Positions 1 through 8,907 of a DNA stretch of 49,326 nt are shown one piece after another (the first letter of the stretch is position 1; every line of letters begins with the position of its first letter). Position numbers and translations under genes: made by a program. This DNA comes from a bacterium (lineage in GTDB: Bacteria > Bdellovibrionota_B > Oligoflexia > Oligoflexales > CAIYRB01), in contig OMIY01000451.1 of the NCBI GenBank assembly GCA_900299215.1, positions 1 through 49,326 on the forward strand. The letters are read 5' to 3'. The notes beneath the pieces are model-generated. The model was not told where the DNA came from and did not search any database. It worked only from the letters and a program-made list of their open reading frames with translations.

Positions 1-360
1 GAATGCAGAGACCAAATTGGTGACAGATCCGAAAATAGAATTGAAATCGCCACCACCTTGAATGGTGTTAATCAAATTTGAGATAGCAGTCATACTATTG
101 GTCACAACACTGCCAAAATCCGCTGGATTAGGCCCAGGCGCAGGTACCGTTATGCTTGGCCCACCAGCAATAGTTCCAGATCCGATCGTACCGGCACCAA
201 TCTGAGTGCCAGTGCCAAGTGACGATTGCGGGACACCATTAGTCGGGTACATCGCAGGTTTTTGGCTACCTTTAGTATCAGGTGGTGCAGGCGCTGGAGG
301 TACACAAGAAGCATAAATTAACAATGATAATGCGATAAGAAGGCGAGTACCTCGATTCAC
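1..360 (-). CDS. Putative lipoprotein, N-terminal part only (gene runs off the left edge of the window)
   Basis: Hand translation of the minus strand from GTG at 360-358 gives VNRGTRLLIALSLLIYASCVPPAPAPP... It is open to position 1 (120 codons), with a signal peptide plus lipobox (IYAS-C) and a Gly/Thr/Pro-rich mature part. The GTG start overlaps the TGA stop of the upstream gene (GTGA). It is not in the ORF track because no stop lies inside the window. Confidence 0.5.
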   Translation of the reverse strand, partial: MNRGTRLLIALSLLIYASCVPPAPAPPDTKGSQKPAMYPTNGVPQSSLGTGTQIGAGTIGSGTIAGGPSITVPAPGPNPADFGSVVTNSMTAISNLINTIQGGGDFNSIFGSVTNLVSAF

Positions 361-1784
361 TTTTCACACCTCCGGCTGTCAACAATTGCCATGAATGACC
401 TTGTTTTAAGTTCTTCTTGTGTGATTCCAGCGCTTAGCAATTGGTGACTATCAATAACGTTAAGTTCCAACGCCCTAATAAAAAAGTTCAACAATCCTTG
501 GCCTGTAGCAGCATCATCGAAGACTCCACCACTTGCCGTCGCCTGCGCTGCTTTTTCGAGGAAATTACGCAAACGATCCGTTGCATCCGTAAGGTATCGC
601 AGGAAAAACGCATAATGCGCGACAAGCCTCACAGCTATTTGATGCGGATGAAGGTCCCACCCCTGATAGAAACCTAATTTCAGAGAGTTCTGAATAGCAC
701 TGAAACTTTGCTGCCACGCGCGCTTAATATGCTGAGCATTTTGTTGCCTCTGTTGTTCGGAAAGTAGTGCCCCAGCGGACTCTTTGTGCACAGGAAGCGG
801 CAAAATGTTGGTAGCACCGTCAGCAAGCCACACTCGGCTCCCATATAGGGAGGTTTTCATAGCCAGTAATGCGTGTACGCAAACTGGATGGTCCATAGTT
901 TGATATTCGGCGGAAATATCCAACGACGCAGAATAGTCATAGGTACCAAAATGAACTCCTCGGCAACGACCCTTAGCCGCGCCCACAAGCGCTTTCAAAG
1001 GGTTTGGCCCCAGGTCAGAAACGATGGACTCGGGCCCCTCTACCATCAGCTCAAGCCTAATTACTCGACGAGGCAAAGATAAGCGACTCTCTATCTCGTC
1101 CAACAAATCTGCTAAGGCTCCAACTTGCTCCTTATGTCCAACCTTCGGCAAAGTGACGACAAACCCATTTGGCACAACGCCATTTGTTGTCTTGAGCAGC
1201 TTCGACAAGAAAATATCGAGAGTCCTGATGGAACGTCGAATTGTCTGAGGCTGGAACGATTTGACACGGATCCCGAAAGATGGCGGCAGCGCTCCCAAAG
1301 ACATTTCATGCGCCACTGCGACAGCAGTCCTTTCAGCATCCCTATCTTCTTCTATCTCGCCCCGCGCCCCATAACCGTCCTCAAAATCAATGCGGAAGTC
1401 CTCTATGGCAAGTCTTTCGAGACGAGCCACAACATTGCGATGAACTAGATCCCAAGGGGTGTCTAAATCGTGCTGTTGTTCCAGTATTTCAGATAGATGA
1501 CTTGGATCCGATGCCCAAAATAGAAAATGATCTTTCGCTAGGTCGCTGAGCTTTTGCAAAGCACCAACCTTAAAAAGATGCGCACCTCCGTAAAGGGTGT
1601 GGATCGGTTGGCTTAGTCCATTTACTTGAAGCAAACTGGAATCGATAAATGGAATGGCACAAATTCTACTACAAACAGTTTCTACCAGTGTATGACTGAA
1701 AGTAAGTTCCATTCTGGCTTTCTCGACCCCAGTTAATGCAAACAGCCTGGTGGAATGTCGTTTTAGTAGCCATGATCGTAACAT
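357..1784 (-). CDS. HpcH/HpaI aldolase / citrate-lyase-beta (CitE) / malate-synthase-like TIM-barrel family protein, function unknown
   Basis: 475 aa ORF. FRIDFEDGYG resembles the CitE/HpcH DxED metal/substrate motif. ELMVEGPESI and HFGTYDYSASLDI resemble the second and third conserved strands of that fold. There is no clear SD at the annotated ATG, so the start is uncertain. Confidence 0.55.
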   Translation of the reverse strand: MLRSWLLKRHSTRLFALTGVEKARMELTFSHTLVETVCSRICAIPFIDSSLLQVNGLSQPIHTLYGGAHLFKVGALQKLSDLAKDHFLFWASDPSHLSEILEQQHDLDTPWDLVHRNVVARLERLAIEDFRIDFEDGYGARGEIEEDRDAERTAVAVAHEMSLGALPPSFGIRVKSFQPQTIRRSIRTLDIFLSKLLKTTNGVVPNGFVVTLPKVGHKEQVGALADLLDEIESRLSLPRRVIRLELMVEGPESIVSDLGPNPLKALVGAAKGRCRGVHFGTYDYSASLDISAEYQTMDHPVCVHALLAMKTSLYGSRVWLADGATNILPLPVHKESAGALLSEQQRQQNAQHIKRAWQQSFSAIQNSLKLGFYQGWDLHPHQIAVRLVAHYAFFLRYLTDATDRLRNFLEKAAQATASGGVFDDAATGQGLLNFFIRALELNVIDSHQLLSAGITQEELKTRSFMAIVDSRRCEK

Positions 1785-1802
1785 TTTTCATGTAGAAATG
1801 AC

Positions 1803-1842
1803 AAAAAGCCAAGATCTCGCACACGCAAGATCTTGGCTTTTT
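1803..1842. terminator. Bidirectional intrinsic terminator downstream of the tRNA pair
   Basis: Perfect 15 bp inverted repeat AAAAAGCCAAGATCT / AGATCTTGGCTTTTT with a 10 nt spacer (two extra GC pairs possible). The A5 and T5 flanks give a U-tract on either strand. It lies 18 nt after tRNA-Glu on the minus strand. Confidence 0.75.
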
Positions 1843-1859
1843 GTCATACTAGGTGAGGA

Positions 1860-1937
1860 TGGCGTCCCCAGGGGGATTTGAACCCCCGTCGCTGCCGTGA
1901 AAGGGCAGTGTCCTGGGCCAGGCTAGACGATGGGGAC
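1860..1937 (-). tRNA. tRNA-Glu (anticodon UUC)
   Basis: The reverse complement reads GTCCCCATCGTCTAGCCTGGCCCAGGACACTGCCCTTTCACGGCAGCGACGGGGGTTCAAATCCCCCTGGGGACGCCA. Cloverleaf folds, anticodon loop is CTTTCAC, TPsiC loop is GGTTCAAAT, and CCA is encoded. Confidence 0.93.
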
Positions 1938-1962
1938 GTACAATACTCACACTCCCTAGACC

Positions 1963-2038
1963 TGGTGAGCCGTGCTGGATTCGAACCAGCGACCCGTACA
2001 TTAAAAGTGTACTGCTCTACCAACTGAGCTAACGGCCC
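1963..2038 (-). tRNA. tRNA-Lys (anticodon UUU)
   Basis: The reverse complement reads GGGCCGTTAGCTCAGTTGGTAGAGCAGTACACTTTTAATGTACGGGTCGCTGGTTCGAATCCAGCACGGCTCACCA. The 7 bp acceptor stem pairs (one GU), anticodon loop is CTTTTAA, and CCA is encoded. Confidence 0.93.
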
Positions 2039-2228
2039 GATCAAGGGAGTCGTCTTTCTACAGGTAGCGCCTATCTGTGTCAACGCCAAAACCTAGGGTC
2101 GCTGATTTTTATAGCGGGTGTCACGTAATTGCTTTTTTAACGCCTATCGCCTAGACTCCTACCGATTTTGCTCGGTTAAACGGGCATTTTTCAAACGCAA
2201 CCCATGAATTGTTTGACTGGACCAGAGC

Positions 2229-2549
2229 ATGACTGTCATCAAGCGCAGCCAAAAAGACACAACAACAGACCTCATAACTGCCATTGATGTCTTGATCCCA
2301 TTACTTCGCGATCAGAAAGAAGACGAAGCTGTTGGGGTGCTTGCGACCGCCGCCAAAGCGCTGAAATCGGCTAAGCCGCAAAGCGCTGAACATCGCCAGG
2401 CAGTGGCTAGCGTTGTGGATGCATTTGAGGGAGACCACGAGCTAATCTCCTACACATTTCAACGCGACAATGGATCTCAATGGACTGAAGTAGAAGAGTT
2501 GTCTCAAGCAAGCGCCAGAGTGCTGAGCTTGGCGCGCAGAATGCAGTAA
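2229..2549 (+). CDS. Hypothetical small protein (106 aa), first ORF of the cls-Moco cluster
   Basis: ORF only, with no recognisable motif. It ends 6 nt before the cls start, suggesting co-transcription. Confidence 0.45.
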   Translation: MTVIKRSQKDTTTDLITAIDVLIPLLRDQKEDEAVGVLATAAKALKSAKPQSAEHRQAVASVVDAFEGDHELISYTFQRDNGSQWTEVEELSQASARVLSLARRMQ

Positions 2550-2555
2550 TCCGAC

Positions 2556-4034
2556 ATGCCGTTACCACGGTGGACGAACGCATTTGGTCTTATTGAAATC
2601 GCCATCTACGGATTGGCTGTCTATAATTGCATCAAAATTATAAGTAACCGCTCATCTCCAGGAGCGTCAATAGCTTGGCTCCTACTACATGCGGTCGTGC
2701 CTTTCGTCGCCGTCCCTGCTTATCTGCTAATGGGTGATTATCGGATCAAAGGGTACGTTAAACGCCACCGAGCAAGTCAACAGCAGTTAGCCGACTCCGG
2801 AGCATTAATGCTTCCAGAGGCCCCCCCAGATCCATTGTCATTACCTCAGGACATACAGGGAACTTATCGCACATTCTCAAGCGTGCTACGTCAATTCGGC
2901 ACTGTATTCGAGCCGCAAACGGGAAACGCAACCCTTCTAGTTGATGGAAAAGAGACATTTACCGCAATTTTTCAAGCCATCTCGTCTGCCAAAACATACG
3001 TGATGGTCCAATATTACATATTAAGATCCGATCGACTGGGCCTTGAACTTAAGCGCCTTCTAATTGAAAAAGCCAGGTCAGGCGTCGCGGTTTATATGCT
3101 TTACGATGACATGGGGAGCTTTTGGCTTTCTAAAGATTACTTACGTGACCTTCAAAATGCTGGGGTCAAAATTGAACGCTTCTTACCAATCTTCATCTTT
3201 AAAAGATTCTTCCAAATTAACTTTCGCAATCACCGGAAGTTGGTAATTGTTGATGGAAACGTTGCTTTTACCGGCGGCCTAAATGTTGGCGAGGAATATG
3301 CCGCAAAAAAATCAAGAAAAAATCGATTGCGCTACTGGCGTGATACTCATGTGCAAATCACAGGGGCGCCTGTAACTCAATTAGAAGATGTATTCTTGGA
3401 AGACTGGTATTTCGCAACTGGCCAGCAGCTTAAATTGCAAGCGGCAAAATCATCTGATTATTTGAACAACTACCCGAATCGCGAGCGAACAGTTGTGCAA
3501 ATCGTCCCAACTGGCCCCACTGATGAGACTGTTGTTAGCTTGTTGTTTGTGCTTCAATTGATTAACTCTGCCGAAAAGCGCTTATGGCTCGCTTCGCCAT
3601 ATTTCGTGCCTGACCCAGCAATTATGCACGCATTGGAGTTGGCAGCTTTAAGAGGTGTGGATGTCCGGTTGATGCTACCTTACCGTTCGGACAATGCCTT
3701 TGTTCACTGGGTTTCCACCTCCTATGCGAATGAACTACAGGGCCGCGGAATCAAGGTGTTGCTGTTTACGGCGGGCTTTATGCACCAAAAGGCAATTTTG
3801 GTGGATGAGTCACTCGCCGCGATAGGCACAATGAATCTTGACAATAGAGCTCTGTATCTGAACTTCGAAACTATGGTCTTATTCCATGGTAGGGGTTTTA
3901 ACTTGAGAGTTGCAAAAATGCTCGAAAAGGACTTTCAGTCGTGCCGTGAACTGAGCAGGCCGGTGAAGCCAATTAAGAGAATGATTGCTGCGCTTCGGGG
4001 TAATGTGGCCAGCCTGCTAGCTCCGATGCTTTAG
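2556..4034 (+). CDS. cls: Cardiolipin synthase (phospholipase D superfamily)
   Basis: Two N-terminal TM helices. Two HKD motifs: HRKLVIVDGNVAFTGGLNVGEEY and HQKAILVDESLAAIGTMNLDNRAL. Length is typical for ClsA. Confidence 0.9.
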   Translation: MPLPRWTNAFGLIEIAIYGLAVYNCIKIISNRSSPGASIAWLLLHAVVPFVAVPAYLLMGDYRIKGYVKRHRASQQQLADSGALMLPEAPPDPLSLPQDIQGTYRTFSSVLRQFGTVFEPQTGNATLLVDGKETFTAIFQAISSAKTYVMVQYYILRSDRLGLELKRLLIEKARSGVAVYMLYDDMGSFWLSKDYLRDLQNAGVKIERFLPIFIFKRFFQINFRNHRKLVIVDGNVAFTGGLNVGEEYAAKKSRKNRLRYWRDTHVQITGAPVTQLEDVFLEDWYFATGQQLKLQAAKSSDYLNNYPNRERTVVQIVPTGPTDETVVSLLFVLQLINSAEKRLWLASPYFVPDPAIMHALELAALRGVDVRLMLPYRSDNAFVHWVSTSYANELQGRGIKVLLFTAGFMHQKAILVDESLAAIGTMNLDNRALYLNFETMVLFHGRGFNLRVAKMLEKDFQSCRELSRPVKPIKRMIAALRGNVASLLAPML

Positions 4035-4043
4035 GATTTACAC

Positions 4044-4310
4044 ATGAATGAGATGCCGAAAGTGCCCTATCGAATTCAGATTCGCTATTTTGCTCTGCTT
4101 AAAGATTTGGTTGGTCAAGGCGAGGAGGTTTTAGGCATTCCTGCCGGTAGCACAGCTGGAGACATCTATCTTTTGCTAGCGGAAAAGTATGCCTTTCCAC
4201 TGGCACTCACGGATATTCGAATAGCAGTGAACGATGAATTCACCAGTACTTCTCATCCACTTCAGGACGGGGATTCGTTGGTATTCATCCCACCAGTAGC
4301 CGGGGGATAA
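4044..4310 (+). CDS. moaD: Molybdopterin synthase sulfur-carrier subunit MoaD
   Basis: 88 aa ubiquitin-like size, C-terminal ...FIPPVAGG (diglycine), directly upstream of moaE. Confidence 0.85.
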   Translation: MNEMPKVPYRIQIRYFALLKDLVGQGEEVLGIPAGSTAGDIYLLLAEKYAFPLALTDIRIAVNDEFTSTSHPLQDGDSLVFIPPVAGG

Positions 4311-4317
4311 CTAAACC

Positions 4318-4785
4318 ATGCCGACCTTTCGGGACGAAAAGATAATCTTCAACGCGATATGCCCTCAGCCGATTGATCCCTCGGAGTGCCGAGTAAGTCT
4401 ACCTAGGTCCAGAGAAGTGGGCGGTTATGTCTGCTTCGAGGGTTTAGTTCGAAGCTTTAACAATGGTAAAAAAGTAATACGTTTGGACTACGAAGTTTAT
4501 GAGCCCCTTGCTCTGAAGGAAATGCGTCGTATTTGCGAGCGCGCAACCGAAGAATTTGAGCTCTTCAGTGCACGATGCTGGCATCGCTCCGGGTCTCTCA
4601 ATCTCGGTGATACTGCAGTTCTAATTGACGTGCTGGCGCGCCATCGCGCAGAGGCATTCAAAGGATGTCGATTTATCATTGATGCTATTAAGCATCGCGT
4701 TCCCATTTGGAAAAAAGAATATTACGATGACGGCACCGCAAGCTGGACGCAATGTCATGAACACCATGACGAGCCGGCATTTTAG
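4318..4785 (+). CDS. moaE: Molybdopterin synthase catalytic subunit MoaE
   Basis: 155 aa. GxVR.FNNG-type N-terminal region and the C-terminal HRVPIWKKEYY motif typical of MoaE. Adjacent to moaD. Confidence 0.85.
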   Translation: MPTFRDEKIIFNAICPQPIDPSECRVSLPRSREVGGYVCFEGLVRSFNNGKKVIRLDYEVYEPLALKEMRRICERATEEFELFSARCWHRSGSLNLGDTAVLIDVLARHRAEAFKGCRFIIDAIKHRVPIWKKEYYDDGTASWTQCHEHHDEPAF

Positions 4786-4800
4786 GGAGAACTTTGGCAG

Positions 4801-5094
4801 ATGGCTCGAGAGATCTATAGAGGCGAAATTGAACCACTTTTGGCTAGCGGCGCCCTTCTTATAGATGTGAGGGAGGGAAGCGATCACAATGGTGAAGACG
4901 GACTACCGGGCCACACTCATCTACCATTATCCAGAATAAACGAGTTGCGCTCGCGACTGACAAACTCAATACCCGTCATTTTTTATTGCCGGTCTGGCCT
5001 CCTAAGCTTCAAGGCTGCGGAAATAGTTGCAGGTTGGACTGAGCAGCCTGTCTACTACCTGGCTGGCGGATTAGTCAGCTATGTTAACCCATGA
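4801..5094 (+). CDS. Single-domain rhodanese (sulfurtransferase)
   Basis: 97 aa. LIDVRE... start and an active-site loop FYCRSGLLS with the catalytic Cys. It overlaps the next gene by 14 nt. Confidence 0.75.
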   Translation: MAREIYRGEIEPLLASGALLIDVREGSDHNGEDGLPGHTHLPLSRINELRSRLTNSIPVIFYCRSGLLSFKAAEIVAGWTEQPVYYLAGGLVSYVNP

Positions 5095-6703
5095 ATTTAC
5101 CCTCGCCGTCCTATGCGGGGGTGAGTCTACCCGTCTTGGGACTGATAAGGGGCTTTATCGACATGCGGGCGACGAGAGTCTAGTAGCCAGAGCCATTCGC
5201 CTCCTTTCTAAGTCGGCAAATGAAGTACTCATCGTATGTCACGATGAAGCTCAGCGCCGTCGTTATAAGTCAGAACTTTTGGATGCAGAAGGAAGTTGTC
5301 GACCAAGAGCATTTAAAGTCATCACTGATCAAGGCTGCGAAGTTGGGTCATTGCCAAGATCTGCGTTAACTGGAGTCGCTACTGCGTTGGTGCACTCTAG
5401 ATACGAACGGGTGATAGTCGTTGGCGTCGATCAACTTGGCGTGCGTCTTCGGCAGCTGGAACAACTCCTTAACCAGGCCATGGCTATGCCTCAGAAGATG
5501 GTCATTTGCTTTGGTGACCAGACCGGCGATCCTTTGCCGTTTCCATCGATCTGGTCCGTTAGTGCACTACCGGCACTACTGGCTCGCCTGAGCCAAAATG
5601 CTTGTAGTGTTCGCTCAGCAATCCGAGAATCTGCACATCATCTGATCGAGCAACCTTCGCAACGAACCTATAACGATCCGCTAAGCGTGAACAGCAATAC
5701 GCTTCAGGACATGAACAATTATTTCGGCCAGCCCCTGATCGATCCTCGCGGTAGACGCCTAAAATATCTGCGATTCTCTCTGACTGAGGCTTGTAATATG
5801 GCTTGTACCTATTGCTTGCCCGATGGTTTTCCCGAGTGGTATCGCCACAAAGCAACCCTCACCCTGGAGCAGATCACGACTCTGCTGACAGGATTCAGGA
5901 AGCTAGGTTTCAGCAAAGTCCGGTTCACCGGCGGAGAACCAAGCGTCCATCGTGACTGCTTACAGGCTATTGAGATCGCAGATTCTCTCGGATTTGAATG
6001 TATCGCCATGACAACGAACGGGCTGTTGTTGGGTGATCTTAGGCCATGGATTAAAGCAGGGCTGACCAACTTGAACGTGAGCCTCGACTCCCTGGATCCC
6101 ATAGAGTTTCAAAAGATAACCAAGAGCAGCCAGTTGACGAAGGTATTGGCGCTAATCGATCAAGCCGTCGCACTCGGTGTATCCACAAAAATAAACACGG
6201 TGCTCATGCGTTCAATTAACGGCTCAACCAAAAGCATAAATAACCTGATCGATTGGGCAGCTGAACGTCCTCTGACACTCCGCTTCATTGAACTCATGGA
6301 CACTGGGCTTAATCAAAGCTTTGCGACCCAAGAGCGAGTTCTAGGGACCGAAATCGAGTCTCTTTTGATAAATCGGGGGTTTACCAGGCAATTCAAAAAG
6401 TCTGACATTGATGGAAGCGATGGACCAGCCGTTAACTATAGCCATCAATCGAGGCCCGGACTCGTTGGTCTAATCAACCCACTTTCTGGCAACTTTTGCA
6501 GTAGTTGCAACAGGTTAAGAATCACCGCACGAGGTCATTTAAAACTCTGTCTCTTTGGTAATCACGACTCCCCATTAGACCTGAGCTCTGCCTCTGCTGT
6601 CGCCTTGAATGTCCGCCAGCTAATTGGTACAAAGCCGGAACGGCACTACTTGGACGTCGGGAATTTCGGTAACGTCGCTACTTTCCGCACTATTGGTGGT
6701 TGA
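5081..6703 (+). CDS. Fusion protein: molybdenum cofactor guanylyltransferase (MobA) N-domain plus GTP 3',8-cyclase (MoaA) C-domain
   Basis: N-terminal ~210 aa has LAVLCGGESTRLGTDKGL (MobA LAGGxSxRMGxDK-type) and ...NSNTLQDM. The C-terminal ~325 aa has the radical-SAM motif CNMACTYC, GGEPS, the auxiliary-cluster motif CSSCNRLRITARGHLKLC, and a terminal GG. It is one uninterrupted ORF. Confidence 0.85.
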   Translation: MLTHEFTLAVLCGGESTRLGTDKGLYRHAGDESLVARAIRLLSKSANEVLIVCHDEAQRRRYKSELLDAEGSCRPRAFKVITDQGCEVGSLPRSALTGVATALVHSRYERVIVVGVDQLGVRLRQLEQLLNQAMAMPQKMVICFGDQTGDPLPFPSIWSVSALPALLARLSQNACSVRSAIRESAHHLIEQPSQRTYNDPLSVNSNTLQDMNNYFGQPLIDPRGRRLKYLRFSLTEACNMACTYCLPDGFPEWYRHKATLTLEQITTLLTGFRKLGFSKVRFTGGEPSVHRDCLQAIEIADSLGFECIAMTTNGLLLGDLRPWIKAGLTNLNVSLDSLDPIEFQKITKSSQLTKVLALIDQAVALGVSTKINTVLMRSINGSTKSINNLIDWAAERPLTLRFIELMDTGLNQSFATQERVLGTEIESLLINRGFTRQFKKSDIDGSDGPAVNYSHQSRPGLVGLINPLSGNFCSSCNRLRITARGHLKLCLFGNHDSPLDLSSASAVALNVRQLIGTKPERHYLDVGNFGNVATFRTIGG

Positions 6704-6742
6704 GTTATGCCACGGTAAGGTTATGCGGTAGGTTTTTTGTGC

Positions 6743-7219
6743 ATGGGTGACTTTTCACATTTGAGTAAAGATGGCAGCGCCAGAATGGTGGATATCACCG
6801 GGAAAGGCGTGACCCAGCGACAAGCAACGGTAGACGGATTTGTTTTGGTCTCTGATGCTTGCACTGAGGCCTTAAGTGCAGCTGTGGTCCGCGAAATAGT
6901 TACAACGGCACGTATTGCAGGAATTCAGGCCAGTAAGCAATGCTCGTCACTAATCCCACTTTGCCATCAAATCCCGCTGAACAAGGTTGAGATTGAAATC
7001 TCATTTGAGCCCAGCCGTCGCCACTTCATGTTGCGAGCTCAGGCCATATCTTCAGGTAGTACTGGGGTGGAAATGGAGGCACTAACTGCTGCCTCTGTTG
7101 CAGGACTCACGATTTATGACATGATCAAAGCTGTTGACCCGGCCGCAACAATAGGGCCGTTCCGGCTAGTTCATAAGTCGGGAGGCAAACATGGTGATTG
7201 GAGCCGAACCGATGACTAA
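6743..7219 (+). CDS. moaC: Cyclic pyranopterin monophosphate synthase MoaC
   Basis: ARMVDITGK, LIPLCHQIPL and EMEALTAASVAGLTIYDM motifs. I place the start at ATG 6743 (the ORF track begins at TTG 6737). Confidence 0.9.
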   Translation: MGDFSHLSKDGSARMVDITGKGVTQRQATVDGFVLVSDACTEALSAAVVREIVTTARIAGIQASKQCSSLIPLCHQIPLNKVEIEISFEPSRRHFMLRAQAISSGSTGVEMEALTAASVAGLTIYDMIKAVDPAATIGPFRLVHKSGGKHGDWSRTDD

Positions 7220-7724
7220 TGTATTCAATGCCAAGGTTTTAGTGAGTTCTGACAGGGCAGCTGACGGAATTTACGGTGATTTAAGCGGCCCCGCTGCCGC
7301 CAACTGGCTAGAGCTTCATGGTTATCGGGTTGAGGGCATTCAGATTGTGGCCGACGACCATCATGAACTCAGCCAGGCTATTGAGGTTGCCTGCAAGAGC
7401 GGTATTCACCTTCTAGTCATGTCAGGTGGTACAGGCTTAGGTAGCCGCGACATCACGCCTCAGACTCTCGAAGTTATTTCTGATTATCCAATACCTGGGT
7501 TTGGTGAGTTACTTCGCCGCGAAAGTTTGAGGTACTCTCTAAATGCCTATCTAAGTCGTTGTGGTGGATGGGTTAAGAATCGCGTTTTGGTTTTAGCATT
7601 GCCGGGCAATCCCAAGGCCGTCTGCGAACAGTTAGATATACTTTGTGACTTACTGCCCCACGCCCTTAAAAGCCTAGGTGATGCGTGTCATGATCGTCGT
7701 GCACCGGTGGCTTCGCATGATTAG
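7212..7724 (+). CDS. moaB: MoaB/Mog-family molybdopterin adenylyltransferase
   Basis: MSGGTGLGSRDITPQ and LPGNPKA motifs. ATG 7212 overlaps the moaC stop (ATGACTAA). The ORF track start at 7191 is probably too long. Confidence 0.85.
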   Translation: MTNVFNAKVLVSSDRAADGIYGDLSGPAAANWLELHGYRVEGIQIVADDHHELSQAIEVACKSGIHLLVMSGGTGLGSRDITPQTLEVISDYPIPGFGELLRRESLRYSLNAYLSRCGGWVKNRVLVLALPGNPKAVCEQLDILCDLLPHALKSLGDACHDRRAPVASHD

Positions 7725-8907
7725 TTACGTTCAGGCACTAGAGATTATTTCATCGCTGCCTTGCAGCAGCGAAGTGACTAGGATGAACCTGAATCAAGCT
7801 CTGGGCCGCACACTCGCTGAGAGTGTCACCGCCCGGATTCCATCGCCTCCGTTCAACAACAGTGCCATGGATGGATATGTCTGCAGGTGGAGTGATCTGA
7901 CCAAAGGACCGCTCAAGGTCGCTGGTACTCTCAAGGCCCAGCTTAATCATGGCCAGAGTTTCTTTAATGAACAGGGCCCAGGCACGTGTTTGCGAATTAC
8001 CACCGGAAGTCCGATCCCATCTTGGGCAGATACCGTAGTGCCCCACGAGTTGGTTAAAGTCCGTGGTGACCAACTTATTGAGCCCACCAGCAGCATCAGG
8101 TTAGGTGAGCATATTCGTAAGGCGGGTGAAGACTTAGCTGAGGGCGAGTCGATACTTACAGCTGGAACCAGACTCGACCCCGAAAGGATCATGCTAGCTG
8201 CCGCATTTGGGTACGATGTGGTGCCAGTCGTCGCGCCTCCGAGGATCATCGTGGCAACTAGTGGCGATGAGATTGTTAATCCGGGATCCTCCCTGCCATT
8301 TGGCGGAATCTTTAACTCCAATAGTTACTTCCTGCAGGCGGCAATAAACCAGCTGGGGCTAGCACCGGCTCACCAATTGCACCTGGAAGACCGGCTAGAT
8401 GCAGCAGTAATGCGACTGAGAGAGGTCATTACCCCATCCGAGTCGACCCTCATCATCACCACTGGTGCCGTGTCGGCTGGTGACACTGACTTCATTCCTG
8501 CCTTGGCTCAAACGTTGGGTTTCGAAATCCTATTTCATAAGGTAGCAGTCCGACCAGGTAAGCCAGTTATGCTTGCTCGACGAGACAACCATACATGGCT
8601 GGGTTTACCGGGAAATCCCCTAGCTACTTGTACCGGATGGTACTATTTTGGCCGTCCGGTGCTTAGTGTCGTCGCTGGATTACCCCAGATCACTAAACGG
8701 ACTGTGGAATGTCTGAACGATATCACTAAACCTGAGGGGCTCCGCTGCTTTTACCGCGGACAATTGTCCGAAAATGGCCTTAGAATTCATCCTAAGCAGG
8801 GAAGCGCCCATTTCTCCGCTTCGATTAACAGCAACACCTATGTGGAGTTACCAGAAGGTCACTCCATAGTCAGAGCCGGAACTAAACTTCAGGCATTAAC
8901 TTTATGA
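7717..8907 (+). CDS. moeA: Molybdopterin molybdenumtransferase MoeA
   Basis: SPPFNNSAMDGY, TSGDE, TTGAVSAGDTDF, VRPGKP and GLPGNP motifs. ATG 7717 overlaps the moaB stop (ATGATTAG). Confidence 0.9.
   Translation: MISYVQALEIISSLPCSSEVTRMNLNQALGRTLAESVTARIPSPPFNNSAMDGYVCRWSDLTKGPLKVAGTLKAQLNHGQSFFNEQGPGTCLRITTGSPIPSWADTVVPHELVKVRGDQLIEPTSSIRLGEHIRKAGEDLAEGESILTAGTRLDPERIMLAAAFGYDVVPVVAPPRIIVATSGDEIVNPGSSLPFGGIFNSNSYFLQAAINQLGLAPAHQLHLEDRLDAAVMRLREVITPSESTLIITTGAVSAGDTDFIPALAQTLGFEILFHKVAVRPGKPVMLARRDNHTWLGLPGNPLATCTGWYYFGRPVLSVVAGLPQITKRTVECLNDITKPEGLRCFYRGQLSENGLRIHPKQGSAHFSASINSNTYVELPEGHSIVRAGTKLQALTL

Noticed and set aside
1844-2089. 81 aa minus-strand ORF
   Set aside because: It is simply a reading frame through the two tRNA genes.
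2090-2228. Looked for a Moco riboswitch or other leader upstream of the Moco cluster (also 4035-4043 before moaD)
   Set aside because: Only 9 nt precede moaD. The 140 nt upstream of the first ORF does not show the conserved Moco-motif helices as far as I can fold by eye. A covariance-model scan would be decisive.
5559-8321. Antisense ORFs inside mobA::moaA (5559-5855, 5809-6102) and moeA (7750-8073, 7947-8321)
   Set aside because: They are fully nested in genes with strong motif support, with low-complexity or unrecognisable translations and no start context.
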